Assembly: GCA_002427505.1 (NCBI GenBank) | Contig: DIRJ01000038.1 | Coordinates: 45,659-109,658 of the forward strand | DNA length: 64,000 nucleotides | DNA from: Mageeibacillus sp. UBA5439 | GTDB lineage: Bacteria > Bacillota > Clostridia > Saccharofermentanales > DTU023 | Reading direction: 5' to 3' | Shown here: one piece after another, positions 1 to 8,969 of the stretch | Numbering within the stretch: position 1 is the stretch's first letter | Layout: every line of letters begins with the position of its first letter | Position numbers and translations under genes: made by a program | Notes under the pieces: model-generated | Seen by the model: the letters and a program-made list of their open reading frames with translations, nothing else | Told to the model about the DNA's origin: nothing | Databases searched by the model: none

Positions 1-291
1 TCCATACATAATCTCAGGTGCTTTTGCTGTAAGTGACAGGGTCTGCAGACGCTCCTTTAATTCCGCAGCGGTCGCTGCATCTCCTACACTGACCAGTCGC
101 GGCTGAAAGTCTTCTATCTGCCTGATTAAGAGATCAATGTTCTTATTGCAGGACAAAGCTTGCACCTGGTAAGAACATTCTTTAGCCACTGCCAGGGTCT
201 GCCTGCCAATGGAACCGGTACTGCCTAAAATAGACAAACTCTGAGATTTGCTTACCGGTGTCTCATAAGATAGTGGTAATACACTCTGCAT
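1..291 (-). CDS. dxr: 1-deoxy-D-xylulose-5-phosphate reductoisomerase, N-terminal part (gene continues past the left edge)
   Basis: My own minus-strand translation from ATG 291-289 gives MQSVLPLSYETPVSKSQSLSILGSTGSIGRQTLAVAKE... The ILGSTGSIGxQTL nucleotide-binding motif and the position 2 nt after the cdsA stop fit Dxr. It is absent from the ORF track because the window edge truncates it. Confidence 0.85.
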   Translation of the reverse strand, partial: MQSVLPLSYETPVSKSQSLSILGSTGSIGRQTLAVAKECSYQVQALSCNKNIDLLIRQIEDFQPRLVSVGDAATAAELKERLQTLSLTAKAPEIMYG

Positions 292-293
292 TT

Positions 294-1208
294 CTACAAG
301 AAGTTGTGTAGCAGGAGCGCCAGTATAAGCACAGCCGGCATCGTCCAGGACATGCTGTCAAAGCGATCCGTCAGACCGCCGTGTCCCGGCAGTATACTGC
401 CAAAGTCTTTAATTCTGCACCAGCGTTTAATGGCTGACGCAAACAGGTCTCCTGCGGTAGATATAAGACTCATCACCAGACCGACAGCGATGGCCAGAAC
501 AATGGAAAGCCAGACTGACATCTTCAGTTTCGGCCCCAGAAGCAGTGTGAAATAGAGCAGATAAAATATCCATGTGCCAACAATACCGCCTAAAGTACCT
601 TCCCAGGTCTTTTTAGCGCTTATTTTGCCGGCCATCTTGCGCCGACCAAACAAACTACCGACAAAGTAGGAAAATGTATCAGAGATCCAGGGAGTAAAGA
701 TAGCTAGCAAGACCCAGTAGAATCCATCCGGAATACCATAGAATAGTGTAATTAATGCTGCCAGCGGCACGGTACTTGATAGTACAATAAAGACTTCAAA
801 AACTGAAAAAGGCAGTTGTTCAACACCTTTGCTCAAAGCAGCCGCCAAAATCCAGATAAAATAAACGCTCACCAGCACTATTACGTAGGCTGCAATTAAG
901 CGTGGTGCTATGATGGGAGCAGCAACTCTCATACTTTTTGCCGGAATTCCCCGTACAAACCATCCTTTCGGAATAAAGTAAAGCATAGGAAGAACCAGTA
1001 GAATACTTGCCAAAGCAGGACCTCTATTACTCAGCTTGGGCAAACGTCGGGATAAAGCTCTGCTCTTTTCTAAAGTTGACAGGTAAGTAATAACAAAAAA
1101 TAATAATAGTGGAATGAACGGCAGCCAATAACCGGGTATCAGGAATGCCAGCATGACCAGACCTATCATCACAGCTGTTCTCACGCGTATTTGTAATTCC
1201 GAATTCAT
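294..1208 (-). CDS. cdsA: phosphatidate cytidylyltransferase (CDP-diglyceride synthase)
   Basis: Polytopic 304-aa membrane ORF carrying the C-terminal signature GSILPGHGGLTDRFDS. It sits in the uppS-cdsA-dxr context. Confidence 0.9.
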   Translation of the reverse strand: MNSELQIRVRTAVMIGLVMLAFLIPGYWLPFIPLLLFFVITYLSTLEKSRALSRRLPKLSNRGPALASILLVLPMLYFIPKGWFVRGIPAKSMRVAAPIIAPRLIAAYVIVLVSVYFIWILAAALSKGVEQLPFSVFEVFIVLSSTVPLAALITLFYGIPDGFYWVLLAIFTPWISDTFSYFVGSLFGRRKMAGKISAKKTWEGTLGGIVGTWIFYLLYFTLLLGPKLKMSVWLSIVLAIAVGLVMSLISTAGDLFASAIKRWCRIKDFGSILPGHGGLTDRFDSMSWTMPAVLILALLLHNFL

Positions 1209-1236
1209 AACCCCTCCGGGCGAAATCCGCCCCTGC

Positions 1237-1971
1237 TTATTCTTCTTCTATAGCGCCGAAACGGCGGTCGCGTTTAGCGTATGCCTCCAGAGCCTGATCC
1301 AGTGTTTTTTCAGTAAAATCAGGCCAGAGAACCTTGGCAAAGTAAAGCTCGGAATATGCTGCCTGCCAGAGCAGAAAGTTAGACAATCGCTGTTCTCCGC
1401 TGGGTCTTATAATTAAATCCGGGTCAGGAACATCAGGCAAATATAAATAGTCCCGAAACTTGTCTTCATCAAGATCATCCGGATCAAGTTCACCGTTTTG
1501 AACCGCGGCAACAATCTTTTTGCAGCTATCCGCTATTTCTCTTCTGCTGCCGTAATTAAAGGCCAGAATCAACTGTAAGTTCTTGCGATGTACAGATGTC
1601 GACTCAGCCTCAGCAATAGTAGCTTTCACCTGATCTGACAAACCATCTTTAACACCCGAAAACCGAATACGAATGCCCTCTTTTTCCATTTCGTCCCTGT
1701 ACTTGTTGAAAAAATAAATGAAGAGGTCCATTATTTTTTCAATCTCCGCTTCCGGCCGCCGCCAGTTTTCGGTTGAAAAAGCAAAGACTGTCATGTAGTT
1801 TATCCGGCGTTTAATACACATGGCGCATAAGTCATACAATTTCTCAGCACCATAACGATGGCCGGCAGAACGGGCTAAGCCGCGTTTTTGCGCCCAGCGG
1901 CCATTGCCGTCCATAATAACAGCCAAATGCTGCAAAGGAGCCTTATTCTGCCTATAGTCGTCCTTTGACAC
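1237..1971 (-). CDS. uppS: isoprenyl transferase / undecaprenyl-diphosphate synthase
   Basis: Cis-prenyltransferase motifs HLAVIMDGNGRWA and RLSNFLLWQAAYSELYF. Confidence 0.93.
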   Translation of the reverse strand: MSKDDYRQNKAPLQHLAVIMDGNGRWAQKRGLARSAGHRYGAEKLYDLCAMCIKRRINYMTVFAFSTENWRRPEAEIEKIMDLFIYFFNKYRDEMEKEGIRIRFSGVKDGLSDQVKATIAEAESTSVHRKNLQLILAFNYGSRREIADSCKKIVAAVQNGELDPDDLDEDKFRDYLYLPDVPDPDLIIRPSGEQRLSNFLLWQAAYSELYFAKVLWPDFTEKTLDQALEAYAKRDRRFGAIEEE

Positions 1972-1976
1972 CAGGA

Positions 1977-2549
1977 TCAGATCTCCATCAGTTCTTCATT
2001 CTTCTCGCTGACAGCCAGATCTACAAGTTCCACATAGCGATCCGTCAGCTTTTGGATGTCCGCTTCTACCGTGTAATAAAGATTTTCTGAAATATCGCTG
2101 TCCTTCAGATACTTTTTATAAAGATCAATCGCTTCGCGGCGAATATTGCGTACTGAGACCTTGGCCTCTTCACCCATCTGGGAAACATCACGTGTCAGCT
2201 CCTGACGTCTTTCCTCTGTCAAAGGCGGGAAAACCAGCCGCAGGCTCTGCCCGTCATTCATCGGATTAATGCCGATATTGGAAGCCTGAACAGCACGTTC
2301 CAACTCTTTTAAGAGGGTCTTATCCCAGGGAGTAATCATCAGCATACGTGCTTCAGGCACCTGGATGTTAGCAACCTGGTTGAGCGGGGTTTCTGCTCCG
2401 TAATAAGAAACTGAAACATTATCCAGTACACGAGGATTTGCTCTGCCGGCCCGGATTGTCTGAAAATCACTTTTCAGCACAGATATGGTTTTTTTCATCT
2501 TTTCTTCAAACGGAACTAAAGACTTACTTGTATATTCTATATTAGCCAT
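1977..2549 (-). CDS. frr: ribosome recycling factor
   Basis: 190 aa, RRF-like throughout (RAGRANPRVLD..., LTEERRQELTR...). Located between pyrH and uppS. Confidence 0.93.
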   Translation of the reverse strand: MANIEYTSKSLVPFEEKMKKTISVLKSDFQTIRAGRANPRVLDNVSVSYYGAETPLNQVANIQVPEARMLMITPWDKTLLKELERAVQASNIGINPMNDGQSLRLVFPPLTEERRQELTRDVSQMGEEAKVSVRNIRREAIDLYKKYLKDSDISENLYYTVEADIQKLTDRYVELVDLAVSEKNEELMEI

Positions 2550-2634
2550 CTTGCACCTCCTGTTCGCAGGATCAATTCAATACGAATTTCATTTTAACAA
2601 ATTCAGCACTTCCCTGCTGAGTTACTTTTCATCT

Positions 2635-3348
2635 TTATTCTTCTTCGGCTGTTACCAGGGTACCAATCTGTTCACCATGCGCAATGCGCAGTATATTTTC
2701 CGGATCATTGAGATTAAAAACGATAAGTTCCATATTGTTGTCCCGGCAAAGCGCTGCTGCTGTCGCATCGATTACGTTTAGTTCCTCACTCAATACCTGA
2801 CCATAAGTCAGCTTTGTATACATTATTGCATCGGCAAAAAGCTTAGGATCCTTATCGTAAACCCCGTTAACGAGAGTTGCTTTCAGAATTACGTCAGCGT
2901 TAATTTCAGAAGCACGTAATGCTGCTGCAGAATCTGTAGTGAAAAATGGGTTTCCGGTACCGCCGGCAAAAATCACCACACGTCCTTTTTCCAGATGACG
3001 CACAGCACGTTTGCGGATGAAGGATTCGCTGATTTTCGGCATTTCCACCGCATTCATAACCCGGGTGGCCACACCGGTCTGCTCCAGTGCATCGGACAAA
3101 GCCAGTGCATTCATAGTAGTTCCCAACATTCCGATCTGATCAGCTGTGACACGATCCATAGCTTTGTAATCGCGCCCGCGCCAAAAATTACCACCACCGA
3201 CTACAATTGCCATCTCATAACCTTCAGCGTTCAGTTGAGCTACAACTTCACTGATTTTTATTAAAGTCTCGTTGTCAATGCCATTCTCTTTTTCACCGGC
3301 TAAAAACTCACCGGACAGTTTTAGCAGTATGCGCTGGTAATTCACCAT
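2635..3348 (-). CDS. pyrH: UMP kinase
   Basis: The ORF track starts at 3396. I prefer the internal ATG at 3348 (MVNYQRILLKLSGE...), which matches the usual UMP kinase N-terminus. GGGNFWRG motif present. Confidence 0.92.
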   Translation of the reverse strand: MVNYQRILLKLSGEFLAGEKENGIDNETLIKISEVVAQLNAEGYEMAIVVGGGNFWRGRDYKAMDRVTADQIGMLGTTMNALALSDALEQTGVATRVMNAVEMPKISESFIRKRAVRHLEKGRVVIFAGGTGNPFFTTDSAAALRASEINADVILKATLVNGVYDKDPKLFADAIMYTKLTYGQVLSEELNVIDATAAALCRDNNMELIVFNLNDPENILRIAHGEQIGTLVTAEEE

Positions 3349-3423
3349 ATATTTACCTCTCGGATTCATTTTTAAATATAAAAAAAGAAGGCTCATATGA
3401 ACCTTCTTTTTTAAGTCATATTC

Positions 3424-4083
3424 TTACTTGAGCTGAGCCGCTACCTCTTCGGCAAAGTTGCAGCAGTCTCTCTTCTCAAGACCCTCGCCCATCTCAAAGC
3501 GGACAAAGCGACGGACACTGATATTCTCGCCGATGATAGAAATCAGCTCTTTGACAACTTCATCAACGGTCTTGGAATCATCGCGGATAAAAGCCTGCTC
3601 CAGCAAACAGAAGTCTGCATAGTATTTCTCCAGTTTACCTGCAGCAATCTTGTCAATGATATGCTCCGGTTTTCCTTCCTTGCGGGCAGTCTCTTTAGCG
3701 ATTTCAATCTCCTGGTCGATAACATCCTGGGGAACTTCTTCTCTTCTGACGTATTTAGGACTCATGGCAGCTATCTGCATAGCGAGATCTTTCACCAATT
3801 TCCGAAATTCTGCATTTTTGGCGGCAAAGTCAGTTTCAATATTAACTTCAATCAATACACCGATACGTCCCTCACCATGTATATATGAATCTACGATGCC
3901 TTCTGCTGTAATGCGTCCTGCTTTTTTCTCAGCACTGGCTATGCCCTGTTCACGCAGCCATTTAACAGCTGCATCCATATCGCCGTTTGTAGCGCTCAGA
4001 GCCTTTTTGCAGTCCATCATCGGGGCTCCTGTCATTCCTCTCAGTTCTTTTACCATTTGTGCAGTAATGTTCATATTATCCAC
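3424..4083 (-). CDS. tsf: translation elongation factor Ts (short form, 219 aa)
   Basis: N-terminal UBA-like motif MVKELRGMTGAPMMDCKKAL. Lies directly downstream of rpsB. Confidence 0.93.
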   Translation of the reverse strand: MDNMNITAQMVKELRGMTGAPMMDCKKALSATNGDMDAAVKWLREQGIASAEKKAGRITAEGIVDSYIHGEGRIGVLIEVNIETDFAAKNAEFRKLVKDLAMQIAAMSPKYVRREEVPQDVIDQEIEIAKETARKEGKPEHIIDKIAAGKLEKYYADFCLLEQAFIRDDSKTVDEVVKELISIIGENISVRRFVRFEMGEGLEKRDCCNFAEEVAAQLK

Positions 4084-4134
4084 CTTTAATCTTGATAAAC
4101 AATCTTGCTTGTATCATTAACAACTGTTCTGTAA

Positions 4135-4914
4135 CTAATCTTCGTCATCATATCCATCCGTATAGGCTGCGTCAGCTTCAGCTTCAGCTTCCCTGGATTC
4201 TGCCACTGCAGGCTGTCCGGAGACAGCGTCCATACCTTCACGGCCTTCAATGACTGCATCAGCCATGATACCGGTTATCAGCTTGACTGCACGGATCGCA
4301 TCATCATTGCCCGGAATAACCAGATCAATGGGTTCCGGATCGCAGTTTGTATCTACGATAGCAACGATAGGAATATTCAGGCGTTTAGCTTCCGCCACAG
4401 CAATGTGTTCTTTATTTGTGTCTACGATGAAGAGGCAGGATGGCAAATCTGTCATCTCCGCTACACCACCCAGATTCTTTTCAAGCTTGCTCAGCTCCAG
4501 GCGTAAATCAGCAACTTCCTTCTTGGGCAGGACAGACCAGGAATCGCTCTCATCCATTTCACGCAATTCGTGCAGACGGTCAATGCGCTTTCTGATGGTC
4601 TGAAAGTTGGTTAAGGTTCCGCCCAGCCAGCGGTTACTCACATAATACATACCGCAGCGTTCCGCTTCTTCCCTGATAGAGTCCTGCGCCTGCTTTTTTG
4701 TGCCCACAAAAAGAACTTTGCCGCCACGGCCGGCTACTTCGCGCACAAACTGATGTGCTACTTCTACTTTTCTCAGTGTTTGTTGTAAATCGATGATGTA
4801 AATCCCGTTGCGCTCAGTGAAAATATACGGAGCCATTTTCGGGTTCCAACGACGTGTCTGGTGTCCAAAATGAACACCGCTTTCCAGCAATTGTTTCATG
4901 CTAACTACAGACAT
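4135..4914 (-). CDS. rpsB: 30S ribosomal protein S2, with acidic C-terminal tail
   Basis: [22 protein letters not shown]... The C-terminal roughly 25 aa are acidic ([22 protein letters not shown]). Confidence 0.95.
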   Translation of the reverse strand: MSVVSMKQLLESGVHFGHQTRRWNPKMAPYIFTERNGIYIIDLQQTLRKVEVAHQFVREVAGRGGKVLFVGTKKQAQDSIREEAERCGMYYVSNRWLGGTLTNFQTIRKRIDRLHELREMDESDSWSVLPKKEVADLRLELSKLEKNLGGVAEMTDLPSCLFIVDTNKEHIAVAEAKRLNIPIVAIVDTNCDPEPIDLVIPGNDDAIRAVKLITGIMADAVIEGREGMDAVSGQPAVAESREAEAEADAAYTDGYDDED

Positions 4915-5131
4915 TAAATTTTCCTCCTGTTTGTACCTCCAGCACGCCGCAATCTAAAGCAATTAATAATAAGCAACAGGAAGCGCGCACTGTGTGTTTT
5001 ACCGCTGATAAACATATCATAGAAATTGTTTTAATGCAAATATGGTAGACTATTTTCAGCAGCAGTTAACGCTGAAAAGAGCGTCAGTTAAGCAAGTGTT
5101 GACGCCAAATTAATTATAGCAGGAGTAACAT

Positions 5132-7009
5132 ATGATATCTAATGCCTTACTTAAATTCGCAGCAGCTCATGACTGGCATGCTGCCGATGACGAAAAATAC
5201 GTTTTTGGAAAGTTTAACGGATACTGCTTCACAGCCAAGACTCAAGATGCTCTCAGCAGTTATTTTCTGCCCCTGGCAGGCATAGCGCCGGAAGATCTTC
5301 TGGATTTATCTCAATACATTGAAGAAGGTCACTTTTCCTTGAAGCTTGTTGATTATGCAATGACTGACAACTTTCTCGCTCTGCGCGCCAAAGATACACT
5401 CTTCAATTCCACAGCCAAACAAATTGAGCGTTTTCTGACTCAGCTGACTGAAAAATTACAAGAATATGAACTCGACCCTCATAATTGTGTTATTTGCGGT
5501 CAGCCAGCAGAAACCGAGAGCTTATATGTTGGTCTCTATGCCTATGCTCACCCTGAGTGTCTGGATAAGAAAGGCATTGATTACACTGCAGCTTTTAAAG
5601 CCGAAGCAGATGACAGCGAAGAGCTTCTGATTCTGAGACGCGATAGCGACGGAGAAGACCTGGTCGCATATGATCCGCCCGCAGAAGATGACCTGCTGCC
5701 TGACCCTGAGAAGCTGGCTGCCCTGGCAGCTGAGATGAGCGAATATACCGCAGGACTGGTTAACGATCTGACTGACCTGTGCGCAGTCCCCTCTGTCAAA
5801 GGTCCGGAAGAAGAGGATGCTCCTTTCGGCAAAGCGACAGTTGAGGCCCTGAATGTCTTCTTAGGTCAGGCTGACGCCCTGGGTTTTCGCACTAAAAACC
5901 TCGATAATATGGCCGGCTATGCTGAGTATGGTCCTGAAGATGCAAGTGAAATGGTCGCTTGTGTCTGTCATTTAGATGTTGTTCCGCCCGGGGATGGCTG
6001 GACCGGAGACCCCTGGCAGCTGCGCCGTGAAGACGACAAGCTGATCGCCCGCGGCGTCAATGATGACAAAGGCCCTGCCCTGTCAGCTCTGTATGCCGTA
6101 AAAGCACTGATGGATGATCCGGATTTCAGCCCTGACAAGCGCATACGCGTCATAGTCGGTCTGGATGAAGAGTCAGGCAGCGCCTGCATGAATCACTATG
6201 TGAAACACGAAGAAATCCCACTGATGGGCTTCACTTCCGATGCCAATTTCCCTGCCATTTATGCAGAAAAAGGTATTGCACGCTTACGTTTTACAATTTC
6301 CAGATCGGAAAATGATCAGATCACACAGGCAAAAGCCGGCAATGCTGTCAACATGGTGCCAAGCAGCTGCCAGCTGGAACTGAAGGATACTGCTTCACAA
6401 CAGTTTGATGGTGTCACCGCTCATGGCAGCAGACCGGAACTGGGTCTTAACGCTATCAATGTTGCAGTCGATGCTCTGCTCGCTTCCGGACATGAAGACA
6501 GCTTCCTCAGCTTCTACAGCAAGTATTTTTCAGAATATGACGGCAGCGCACTGGGTCTGGCTTTTGAAGACGAAAGCGGCAGTACGACTGTGAACGCCGG
6601 CCTGCTGGAAATTGACGCGAAACAGGCGGAATTGGTAGTGGATCTTCGCTATCCGGTCAGTTTTGATCTGGACACTGCTCTGGAGGACCTGAAAGAATCT
6701 CTGGCTAAGGAAGGTGTAGCTCTCAGTATGCAGGATCACATGGAACCTTTATACCTGCCCCAGGATTCACCTCTCATATCTGCCCTGATGGATGTCTACA
6801 ATCAGGGAACAGGCACAGAAGGCCGCGCAGTAGCAATCGGCGGCGGCACCTATGCCCGCTCTATCCCGAATATCTGCGCCTATGGACCGGCTTTCCCGGG
6901 CGACGCTGATGTGGCGCATCAGGCAGATGAATGGATCTCGCTTGAGAAATTACTGGCCGCAACTTGCATATATCGCAATGCTTTTCGCATACTGGCCACT
7001 AAAGAATAA
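5132..7009 (+). CDS. M20-family dipeptidase (PepV/Sapep-like) with an unassigned N-terminal extension of about 195 aa
   Basis: From about aa 200 the sequence is PepV-like (HLDVVPPGDGWTGDPW, GVNDDKGPA, DEESGS). The first about 195 aa match nothing I recognise and contain CVICGQ...HPEC. SD AGGAG sits before ATG 5132. Confidence 0.8.
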   Translation: MISNALLKFAAAHDWHAADDEKYVFGKFNGYCFTAKTQDALSSYFLPLAGIAPEDLLDLSQYIEEGHFSLKLVDYAMTDNFLALRAKDTLFNSTAKQIERFLTQLTEKLQEYELDPHNCVICGQPAETESLYVGLYAYAHPECLDKKGIDYTAAFKAEADDSEELLILRRDSDGEDLVAYDPPAEDDLLPDPEKLAALAAEMSEYTAGLVNDLTDLCAVPSVKGPEEEDAPFGKATVEALNVFLGQADALGFRTKNLDNMAGYAEYGPEDASEMVACVCHLDVVPPGDGWTGDPWQLRREDDKLIARGVNDDKGPALSALYAVKALMDDPDFSPDKRIRVIVGLDEESGSACMNHYVKHEEIPLMGFTSDANFPAIYAEKGIARLRFTISRSENDQITQAKAGNAVNMVPSSCQLELKDTASQQFDGVTAHGSRPELGLNAINVAVDALLASGHEDSFLSFYSKYFSEYDGSALGLAFEDESGSTTVNAGLLEIDAKQAELVVDLRYPVSFDLDTALEDLKESLAKEGVALSMQDHMEPLYLPQDSPLISALMDVYNQGTGTEGRAVAIGGGTYARSIPNICAYGPAFPGDADVAHQADEWISLEKLLAATCIYRNAFRILATKE

Positions 7010-7040
7010 AGATAGATTGAATAATAAAGATAGATTGAAT
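7005..7040. repeat. perfect 18-bp tandem duplication (aataaagatagattgaat x2) spanning the pepV-like stop codon
   Basis: Read directly: units at 7005-7022 and 7023-7040 are identical. Confidence 0.9.
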
Positions 7041-7047
7041 AAATTGA

Positions 7048-7073
7048 GGGGCTGTCAGCTGACAGCCCCTTTT
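7048..7073. terminator. bidirectional intrinsic terminator between convergent pepV-like and ade genes
   Basis: Perfect palindromic stem ggggctgtcagctgacagcccc followed by tttt. An A-rich run lies upstream. Confidence 0.8.
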
Positions 7074-7096
7074 CTTTTAAGTAATGTTTTTATTTT

Positions 7097-8833
7097 CTAG
7101 GCTTCGATATCAATAAACTCAAACTTAACAACATCAAAGAGTCCCTTATCTGTAATCTTGAGCTCCGGTATAACCGGCAGCGCCATGAAGCAGAGCGTCA
7201 TGAGAGGATCAACTTCTTTAGAAACTTTGAGCTCTTTTATTGCAATATCATGCAGAATTTCCAGCTCTTCATTGATCCACTCTGCCGAACGATCAGTCAT
7301 GAGACCGGCCACAGGCAGGGGTGTGGCACGAAGAATTTTGGCCTCACGGGTCAAAACAAAGCCACCTTCCTGTTCAATCAGGCTTTTTATCGCCAGATCC
7401 ATGTCTATGTCATTGGTGCCTACACAAATAATGTTATGCGAGTCATGAGCAATAGACAGGGCTATGGCGCCGTGTTTGATTCCGTAATCTTTCAGAAGAG
7501 CCACTGCAAGATTTCCGCTTTCCTGATGCCGCTCCACTACTGCGATTTTTGCAACATCAATTTCAGGGTCAAATACAAAATTGTCAGCCTCGTCCCGGTG
7601 AACACGCACCAGTTCATCCTTTGTGTCAACTCCGCCCGGCAGTACCTTGATCGCATGAACTTTATCCGACTTAAGCTTCAGCTTCAAACGATCGATATTA
7701 TAATTTTTAACATGCATACTGCTGCTGACAGCATCTGTCGGATACTTATTAACTTCAGGCAGATATTCACCATCCCGTGCCACTTCAGCACCGGCAATAA
7801 ATACTTGCTTAACATCAAAATTGTCGAGATTTTCGAACAGGACAATATCCGCTCTCAGGCCGGGGGCGATAGCTCCGCGGTCATAAAGACGATAGCACTC
7901 AGCGGCATTCAATGAAGCCATAGCCAATGAAGTATAGACATCTAAACCGGCCTCCCGGCAGATCCGCAGATGGTGTTCCAGATGACCATGTTCAAAGATT
8001 GTCTTCGGTTGCCGGTCATCTGAACAAAGCAAACAGCGACGGTAATTGCGCGAAGTGACCCCTTGAACCAGTCGTTCCAGGTCATGACAGGCTGATCCCT
8101 GCCTGAGCAGCACGTACATTCCACGGCTGAGGCGGTCATTCATTTCTGCAATACTGGTACATTCATGGTCAGTTTTAATTCCTGCCGCAATATAAGCGTT
8201 GAGCGCATCGCCTTTAAGGCCGGGACTATGTCCGTCAATAACTACGCCGGCATCACGTGCCAGCATCAGTTTGTTCAGCGATTCATCATCAGCCAGGAAA
8301 ACGCCGACTGAATTCATGAATTCTCCAAGGCCCTGGATGTCCGGGCGTTCCAGCACGCCCGCCATATCCTGAGAAGTGATCGTCGCTCCTGCCGTTTCAA
8401 AACTCGTAGCAGGTACTGAAGAAGGAAACATATAATGAATATCGAGCGCCGTTCTCTCCCCTGCCTTGATCATATATTCCATTGCGGCAAAACCATTGAC
8501 ATTAACAATCTCGTGCGGATCAGCAATTATAGTTGTAGTGCCGTGAGGTACCACCAGGCTTCCGAATTCTTCGGGCGTCAGATAGGATGACTCAATATGA
8601 ATATGGCTGTCGATAAGTCCGGGTGATGCATATAAATCACTGGCGTCGATCTCTGTCACCCCCTCGTACGAGCCGACACCTGCTATCCATTCATCTGAGA
8701 TCGCAATATCTCCCTTTACTGTCTCGCCATTGAAAAGATCGATAACGGAAGCATTTTTCAAAACAAGATCCGCAGGAATCCTTTTCATCGCTACATCGAT
8801 AATTTTTTTCAGTTGTTCTTTTTTCATAGTCAT
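7097..8833 (-). CDS. ade: adenine deaminase
   Basis: 578 aa amidohydrolase with SPGLIDSHIHIESS. Its length and architecture are typical of adenine deaminase. Confidence 0.88.
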   Translation of the reverse strand: MTMKKEQLKKIIDVAMKRIPADLVLKNASVIDLFNGETVKGDIAISDEWIAGVGSYEGVTEIDASDLYASPGLIDSHIHIESSYLTPEEFGSLVVPHGTTTIIADPHEIVNVNGFAAMEYMIKAGERTALDIHYMFPSSVPATSFETAGATITSQDMAGVLERPDIQGLGEFMNSVGVFLADDESLNKLMLARDAGVVIDGHSPGLKGDALNAYIAAGIKTDHECTSIAEMNDRLSRGMYVLLRQGSACHDLERLVQGVTSRNYRRCLLCSDDRQPKTIFEHGHLEHHLRICREAGLDVYTSLAMASLNAAECYRLYDRGAIAPGLRADIVLFENLDNFDVKQVFIAGAEVARDGEYLPEVNKYPTDAVSSSMHVKNYNIDRLKLKLKSDKVHAIKVLPGGVDTKDELVRVHRDEADNFVFDPEIDVAKIAVVERHQESGNLAVALLKDYGIKHGAIALSIAHDSHNIICVGTNDIDMDLAIKSLIEQEGGFVLTREAKILRATPLPVAGLMTDRSAEWINEELEILHDIAIKELKVSKEVDPLMTLCFMALPVIPELKITDKGLFDVVKFEFIDIEA

Positions 8834-8903
8834 TCCTTTCTTACATTATTCTAGCTGACCGGTTCTGGAGAGTATTCAAAACCTGCAGACTTCCGGAGTA
8901 GCA

Positions 8904-8939
8904 AAAGGAGGAGGCAAAACACATGTCACCTCCTCCTTT
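8904..8939 (-). terminator. intrinsic terminator after ispH-S1
   Basis: 11-bp stem aaaggaggagg / cctcctccttt with a 14-nt loop. A T-run follows on the minus strand. Confidence 0.65.
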
Positions 8940-8969
8940 AATTATATCTTATAACCAGCTTTTACCGCC

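Noticed and set aside
7250-7915. Long ORFs on the strand opposite to well-supported genes: 221 aa at 7250-7915 inside ade, 201 aa at 25389-25994 inside xdhA, 241 aa at 31100-31825 inside alaS, 200 aa at 52253-52855 inside the M20 gene, and 174 aa at 40957-41481 inside pdxK.
   Set aside because: Each lies wholly inside a gene with clear family motifs on the other strand. Their translations are low-complexity or Ser/Arg/Cys-rich with no recognisable motifs. They are typical shadow ORFs.
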